NCBI GenBank assembly: GCA_964199315.1
Contig: OZ116704.1
Span: forward strand, 26,970,001-27,034,000
DNA: 64,000 nt
DNA from: Orbicella franksi
Lineage: Eukaryota
Direction: 5' to 3'
The notes below the pieces were generated by a model. That model was given only the letters and a program-made list of their open reading frames with translations. It was not told the DNA's origin and did no database searches. The position numbers were made by a program, and so were the translations under genes. Below are positions 57,377 through 64,000 of the stretch, in pieces. Position 1 is the first letter of the stretch. Each line of letters opens with the position of its first letter.

Positions 57377-58341
57377 ATGAGGAAGCCACCCAAGTCACGC
57401 TATGCCATAACCGTTGTCGTACCAGCCTTTATTTTCTCAACCAAAGCCCACCTCGATCGGCTATATCCCTCAAATCCTTTTCCAGTTGGTTACAATTTCT
57501 CAGACCGTTATGAACTCGGTGTAAATCTAATTCTAGGGAAGAAGTTTGACTTCCAAAATAGCCGCCGTATTCCGGCGCCGCGCCAACAACAATCTTTATT
57601 TTGAGCACTACATACAGATATACTAATAAGAAAAATAAATTGATCCAGGTTTGATATTTGTTCTGAGATACAGGAGAGCACAGCCACTTAGAGATAGAAA
57701 ATGCTAGTCATGCTAAGAAGCTGGGCCATGCTAAAAAAAGAAAAGAAAAATGTGGAAGAGATAGGACATAAACCTACACAAGCATACAATTGCAAACACA
57801 CACAGTCAAAACAAAATAGGCAAGCGCTGTGCACCGATAAACTAAACTTTCAAGTACAAAAATGTTCTATATGATAGTTGGAAATGAAAGATTCTTTTAC
57901 GAGATCATTCAAATAAATGCAACTCCGCTTGGATTTGAGATTTTCTTCAATAGAATTCCAGAGTTTAGTATCGTTAAAACGAATATTGAATTTCTCGTAG
58001 TTGGGTAAATAATGTAATTTCCCACAGGCCCGTCTGGTTTTACATTGATGAACTTTGACACTTTTACGCCGAAATTCCGTACTTTGACCAAAGAGTACAT
58101 TTGCTTAACTTTTCACCAACAATCTCTTATGGACTTTCTATTCTACTGAAAACCGAGATTATATTAACCGACGGTCCAACATTTTCAGTGACAAGAAAAA
58201 TACGAACCGTTCCTCAAAAAAATTACACATTGCGCGATACTTGTTGATCAGTCATCGTCAGGAAAATTCAACGTCCATTGTTTGCGACTTTGGTATAATG
58301 AAATGTGCTGTTTAAAAAGTGTTTGGTTATGTATCGTAGGG

Positions 58342-58467
58342 CCGGAAGTTTGCGTTCTCTGTGCACGTTTTAAAAAGGTCAGTGCTTGAGTTTTCACGTT
58401 TTACAAAAACTACCTCGTTTTTCCCGCGAAGACAAAATGGCGAAACACAAAAAGACACAAAATGGCG
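58342..58467 (+). promoter_or_regulatory. TATA-less promoter-like motif cluster (ETS, E2F, 2x YY1-type)
   Basis: CCGGAAGT at 58342, TTTCCCGC at 58420, AAAATGGCG at 58434 and 58459. Confidence 0.35.
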
Positions 58468-58744
58468 AAATGGCACTATGGTCAGCATGAATAGGTCGAA
58501 ATAGCGTTCTGCTTAGCCTAAGTAGCGCTCAGGTCAGCCTAAACATCACTGACTCCGCTCGACAGTGTTTAGCTCTAAATAATAGTAAAAGTTAACTTTT
58601 ATAGACATCCGTATCCCATATTGATTCTAACTCGTGGCGTCATTTCGTAATTTCGCCATTTCATGTATTTAACACGCCCGCTTATTATAGCTGATGTTGT
58701 TCGGCATGATTCAGTACGTAGGCATCACCAATCTGAACACAACA

Positions 58745-59124
58745 TCAATTCATTAAACCTCTATTTACATATCGACACATAAGTGATATTGCTCGAAGGT
58801 AAGAATTATTAAACGCAATGCCTGAAAATTAATTCACTAGCAGTAAATGTTGGTCAATTCATTAACCCTCTATTTACATATCGACGGATACATAGGTAAC
58901 ATTGCTCGAAGGTAAGAATTATTTAACGTAATGCCTGAAAATTAATTCACTAGAAGTAAATGTTGGTCAACAAATGTACTAGTTCTTTTGCTTTGTTTTG
59001 TGAGAAGCTTCACAAGAAAAGTAACGCAGTGCCTGAAAATTAATTCACTAGAAGTAAATGTTGGTCAACAAATGCACTAGTTCTTTTGCTTTGTTTTGCG
59101 AGAAGCTTCATAAAAAAAAGTAAC
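58745..59124 (+). repeat. Interlocking tandem duplications (2x ~110 bp, 2x ~98 bp, shared core x3)
   Basis: A1 58745..58853, A2 58854..58966, B1 58925..59022, B2 59023..59121. Confidence 0.85.
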
Positions 59125-62100
59125 TAATCGGTTATTACAAATCAAAGGAAGTTTAAAGTTAAGACATTCACCGATAAATATCGTCAACTGAGTAAGAGGT
59201 TTTTCTCGAAAATTACAAACGGAAGTTCTTAGCCTTTTGTTAGTTTGAGAGTTGGCCCACTAGTCAGCACTAGTGATTTTGAATTCTGGCAAACACTGTT
59301 GCAAAATCAATGTTTGTAAGAGAAAAAGCCAGAACCTAGTAATGCCTGTACAAGTTGCTGACTGAGTTCGAAAAATAATCTTTGGAAGTTTGAATGGGAT
59401 AACAGTGAAACCAATTTAAGTTTGCAGCGCCTTTCAGATCCTTTCAGTGTAATGAAGTCAACGGTATAACGAACGATTATCTTCAGACTGGCCAGTGAAG
59501 TTTTAATACTTCCAGTAAATGTCAACAGAAAATTAACAAGGAACACATTTTGCTGTTTTGGGATTTCACTGATTGTACTTGCTCTTGTTGTAAACTGCCT
59601 ACATTTTTCAGATTTGATCAGCAAATCTTTTATCTGATTTGTTTAGTTCACAGATGGTTTCAGACATTATTCGACGCATTCTGATATCGGTTCTTTCCAT
59701 TTACAATCAACCGATAAAGGCATATTATTTTAGGTTAGCTTTTTATTTATATCAGGTTAGCTTTTTGTTGAGTTTTTACTGAATTTTTTTTATCGATTTT
59801 GACGTGCTTTGTATTTTTTTTGCAACCATTGTAAATTTACGTCTTTTAGGATTAGCTTTAATTTTAAAGATGTAAAGCGCACTTGATCATTTCATGCAGA
59901 GTCGCGTTATTATTATTTACTGTGCGCCATGTCAGCTCCAATTCGAAATGGCGGTTGACTCACGTAAAACGGGGCCATCACGAAAAAATCTCGGAAATAT
60001 TTCGTCATATTCCGCGGGGTCTCGTTCATATCCGATACGATAGTCATCATAAACGTGACATACTTCAGCGTTAGTTGTCACGTGAATTGACCATTTTCTC
60101 GCAAGTCCGGTCCGACCGGGCAAAGTTCACGAGTTCGTCACATCCGGAACTTCTCTTAACGTGTAAAGTCGCATTCATCGACATCAGTTGTTTATGTTCT
60201 GAGAAAATGGTTCACCACAGAAACTGTAAACTAACGACTGTTTTCGTAAAATTTCTCTTTTCGTTCAGCACGTCACGTACCAAAATAACAATTTCCAAAT
60301 TTTTCATCTGGGAATTTTCGTGCAATGTTCAACTGTTGTTTGTGTTGGTTCCAAAAACACTCTGGTTCCAAAAATATCTGTTCCTAGCGAAAGTAACATA
60401 TCTCTTTAAACTGGCAATGGTTCCAGTCAGGTATACTGAAAACTGTAGTCTCCGTGTTTACAATTTAACCCCCCGTTGTTTTGCCCTCTGGTGAGGAGGT
60501 TGTTTCCGGTTAATGGAGGAGCGAAAACAGGAGTCGGTAAATATTTACGCCATTTCCTGAACTTGCCTCGAATCGTCGTAAGCCTGCCGTTATAAATACT
60601 ACCACAAACAAAACTGGAACAAAACAGCTTTTTGGCGTTTTCTGTTCACGTTTCCGGTGATTCGTTTTCTTTTGCCTTATGACTGAATGTTAAAGGTCGG
60701 GCTAAACGTGCTGCTTTGAACAACACGAAGTTAAAACTTAGTTTTCTTGACGAAATCTCGCTTGGTTGTTTGTTTCCTATAGTTATACCTTGTTCAAGAA
60801 CAGTTGAAGTGTTTGTTCCGAGAGATTTTTATCGAAAATGGGCGCGGTTCTTTCGTTTACCACAGCTATGCAACGGCAGAGTCAACAGGCCTGCATTGCG
60901 CATGCTCAATCATAAACTCCGAGTTAGTGCAGTTCGCATGATGGTCGCGCGCGTTCGGAAGGCTTGATCCGCACTCAGAGGAAAACTGGCAAAACTTCTC
61001 GCTAAAAAACCTAAACTGGCTTCTAGACAGCATAATATGAATGAACAGCTGTTCAACGCAGCAATTCACGCTTCTACCGCGGCACCCAGGTTTGTACTGA
61101 AATATTTATTTGAACGAAACAATAGTCCACTTTTAACAGTCTTCACAGCAGCGAAGAAAGATGCTTCCGTCATCACCAAATCATCGTCGACTGCTGAGTC
61201 CAACTAGAGAAACGTGCTTTTGTTCTCTTGCGAATCGAATTGTGAAGCATTATAGCTTTGATTCGTTCCTACACAAAGCGTTGGCGTTCTGAGCAATTAA
61301 ACTGTCTATTCGGGGCTTCTATAACTACTGAAAGTATCTCTGACAGTATATTTTAAACTCAGAAATTTATGCGTGGAAGTCACGTTTCAACCTACGCCTG
61401 GCCGGATACAAAAACTGACAAAATTCCTTAGTTCTAACTCAATCAAACTCCAAAGAATAAATTCGCAGTACATTGAACGTGAACAAAAGGAAAAGAACTG
61501 CAACATGCTGTTTATCTCAGTGACGCAGTTTCGACGAAGACCTAAGCCTTGTCACAAATTGTACAGTGCGAGTAGGTCAAAATTGTTTTTGGAAACAAAA
61601 TGTTAAACAACACTTTATAATTACAACAACGTCCTGGTGGAGTTGTATGTCTTACGGCATGTCTGGTGAGCAGATTGAAACAAAACTAAGGCCTGCACGG
61701 CTGTTACTCGAAAGAGGACGTTTTAGAATTGTGACGGGTTCGCCATTGAGAGAGACAGGAAGTTGAGTCGCGTCGAAGAAAAGAAGACGCCGGCATTTTA
61801 ATACACGTGCGCCACTGCGCATCACAGGTAACTGAGTGGCTATTAACAGTTCTGCTGCCTTGGTGATATCTTTGTCAGTTCCTCTGAGAGATAAAGTAGC
61901 TCCGAGCAACAAGAACGAGGAATTTACTGGTTCAATGCTCAGGAAGGAAACGTGGGTAGGCTTTTGTGTGTTTTGTCAACTGCAGGCGGATGAACGTTCA
62001 TTAGAGTTAGCTAAAATCTTGGCAAGTCACATACTCAAAATCGAGAGTCATAGAAAAAAAATACCTCAGTTATGAATCAGTGGTTTTAGAGGTGACGAAA

Positions 62101-64000
62101 AAAGAAAAAAAGTTTAATGCGTTGGCGTAACAAAGAGCGATGAGACCACTAGACTGTAGTTTTTTTAACTGAGAACAATGCTCTAAATCGTCTGAGCCGA
62201 CTGTTTAGAGAATTGAGTTAAAGAAAACTCTGTATTGACTCTTGGTTTAGCTAGAAAACACAGTTATCTCATTCACAGTATGATCACGACTAGCGTAGTT
62301 CAACTGAGTCAATAATTACAAGTCATTTCTCGCCCACCAGCGCAGTGTTTGGGCTTCCGGTAAGCAGAAGATACGGTTCTAAAATTGTGAAACACCACAT
62401 AACTACAAGTGACAAAGTAAGTGTTTTACCAGCCATTTCTCTCGCAGCACGTCTCTGTAAAAAGAATTTTTAAAATGTGAAAAAAACCTGTTGTTCACGG
62501 CTTTCAAAAAACTTTGCTGCGATCAAACCAACTGACAGACCATGCTGCCACTGTTTCCTCCAAATGCTCTCTCCGGCCTGAAAGGGAAAGAAAGTCTCTT
62601 AGAAATTGAATTATAAATCATATCAGCAAAATGCAAGCAGAGGTAATACTGGTTTAAGTGATAGTCCTCTTAATTCACTTTGTCCAGTCAATAAAACACA
62701 CTGAGAGACACATAGAGAGACGAAAAAATAAACCCAACTTAATTTTGTGGCCTTCTTCTTTGCAACAGAGGTTTTGGTCAGCCGGTCATTTTTACAATGC
62801 CACCTTTCAGTTCACATGAAAAAAAGCTTAAAACCTTTCAGTAAAAAAAATACTCAATAATAAAAGCGAACATCGGTTGTCGAGAGATTGAAACATTAGT
62901 TGAATCGATAGGTGGTTGATCAACGCGATGCAACTTCATTGAAACGGGCGCATGTTTAATTTGTTTTGGCTTTTCTGATTGCTGATTTATACTTTCGGCA
63001 AGAGCCGCAAGTCACGAAATGCCCTAACTTAGTACTGACATTCTGAGAGCACGAAAATTGCACTTAAAACATCTTTATTCGGTTATTTCTGCTGAGAAGG
63101 GGTGAGCAACTTAATAACCCCTCTGTGGTACAGTTTTTGACGCAGTGTGGCAATATGGGTCTCGGGTTAACTCGGGCAGATTCGTTCTGAGGCGCTTTTG
63201 GTCGAAACGAACCCCAAATTAAAAACCCATGCTGTTTTCTTCAAGCCGAAAAGCTGAATAAAATTCGGCGAAATGATTCGATGCAGTTTGTACAATAATA
63301 CCTTTTATTGCCCGGAAAGAAGCCGCATTGTCGCCGCCAGCCTGCGTCCGTCTCAGCTCAAGAGGGGTTTAATTGTTTACAAAATTGGTAAACGAACGAA
63401 ATCATGCTTACTAATACACACGGCGAAGAAAATTTCCCATGTTTGGTATTGCCTTGCCAAAGGGTAAGCAATAATTCGAGCGCAGGTGAATTAATCAGCG
63501 ATGAAGAGGATTGCTAATTAGAATTTGGCCCATTAGAGTTCGCATAGATCACGTACAAGACACAATTGAGTGGAAAAGATGATTGCATCGGTTTTCTTAA
63601 CGAGCCTAAAATAAATACGAAATGAATTCATCTTATGGTTTCTAACGGAACAAACATGGCCCAAACAACGCTAGGGACCATGCAAGAACATACGACCTCC
63701 CACGGAGAAAAATTGCTTCGGGCTCCGGTCTTTTGGCTTTATGTTTTTCTCTGTGAAATGCACGAAACCTTCAAGATACACGCAATGCTTTACTCACTGA
63801 GCGGTTGAAATTTGGAGATGACTACCCGTAACGAGAAGCGATCAAGTTAATTATGACTGAATAATTTCCCCGCTACTTCAAAGGACGGCACGGCTTTTGC
63901 TGTTCCTTGTCAGTTCCGACTCATGTGTCACCGAAGCGTTCTTTGTGTTACCCTCTCTAAACACTTCAATTGAATGCGCTTCTCTTTCTTCTGTCCTTCG

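Noticed and set aside
59307-59693. Frameshifted minus-strand protein-like stretch (MERTDIRMRR.../KSEKCRQF...)
   Set aside because: No recognisable family or splice context; it could be a decayed TE, but I cannot support a call.
61652-61975. Minus-strand open frame with LLGATLSLRGTDKDITKA, faintly Fem-1-like
   Set aside because: There are no adjacent ankyrin or other Fem-1 motifs, and the similarity is too short to support a call.

Overview
AT-rich eukaryotic (animal) genomic DNA, most likely a stony coral or other anthozoan. That assignment is inferred from gene content, intron style and recalled repeat families, not from a database search. Three genes were reconstructed by hand from splice sites and reading-frame phase. 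(1) Ovo-like paralog A (+), join(8611..8716,13192..14321), 411 aa. (2) Ovo-like paralog B (+), join(25772..25850,28247..30480), 770 aa. Both have a short SNAG-encoding first exon that the ORF track misses, a phase-1 intron, and four Ovo-type C2H2 fingers. (3) A convergent minus-strand MINDY4B-like pseudo-deubiquitinase with 18 well-supported exons from 37740 to 50266 and 6 tentative 5' exons up to 53906; its catalytic Cys, His and oxyanion Gln positions are all substituted. The rest is regulatory or intergenic DNA rich in MITEs, SINEs and tandem repeats, including a ~4.3 kb foldback element between the convergent gene ends and a nested MITE palindrome at 55.5-56.3 kb. Most useful leads: Ovo-binding motifs clustered around both ovo first exons, including an identical 12-mer at the same intronic position in both paralogs; possible SNAG-less isoforms; the pseudo-DUB with a microexon-built N-terminus; and a variant hammerhead-like motif in an intronic inverted repeat. 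No CRISPR, rRNA or true tRNA genes were seen. The 58-64 kb region has promoter and splice signals that I could not resolve into a gene.
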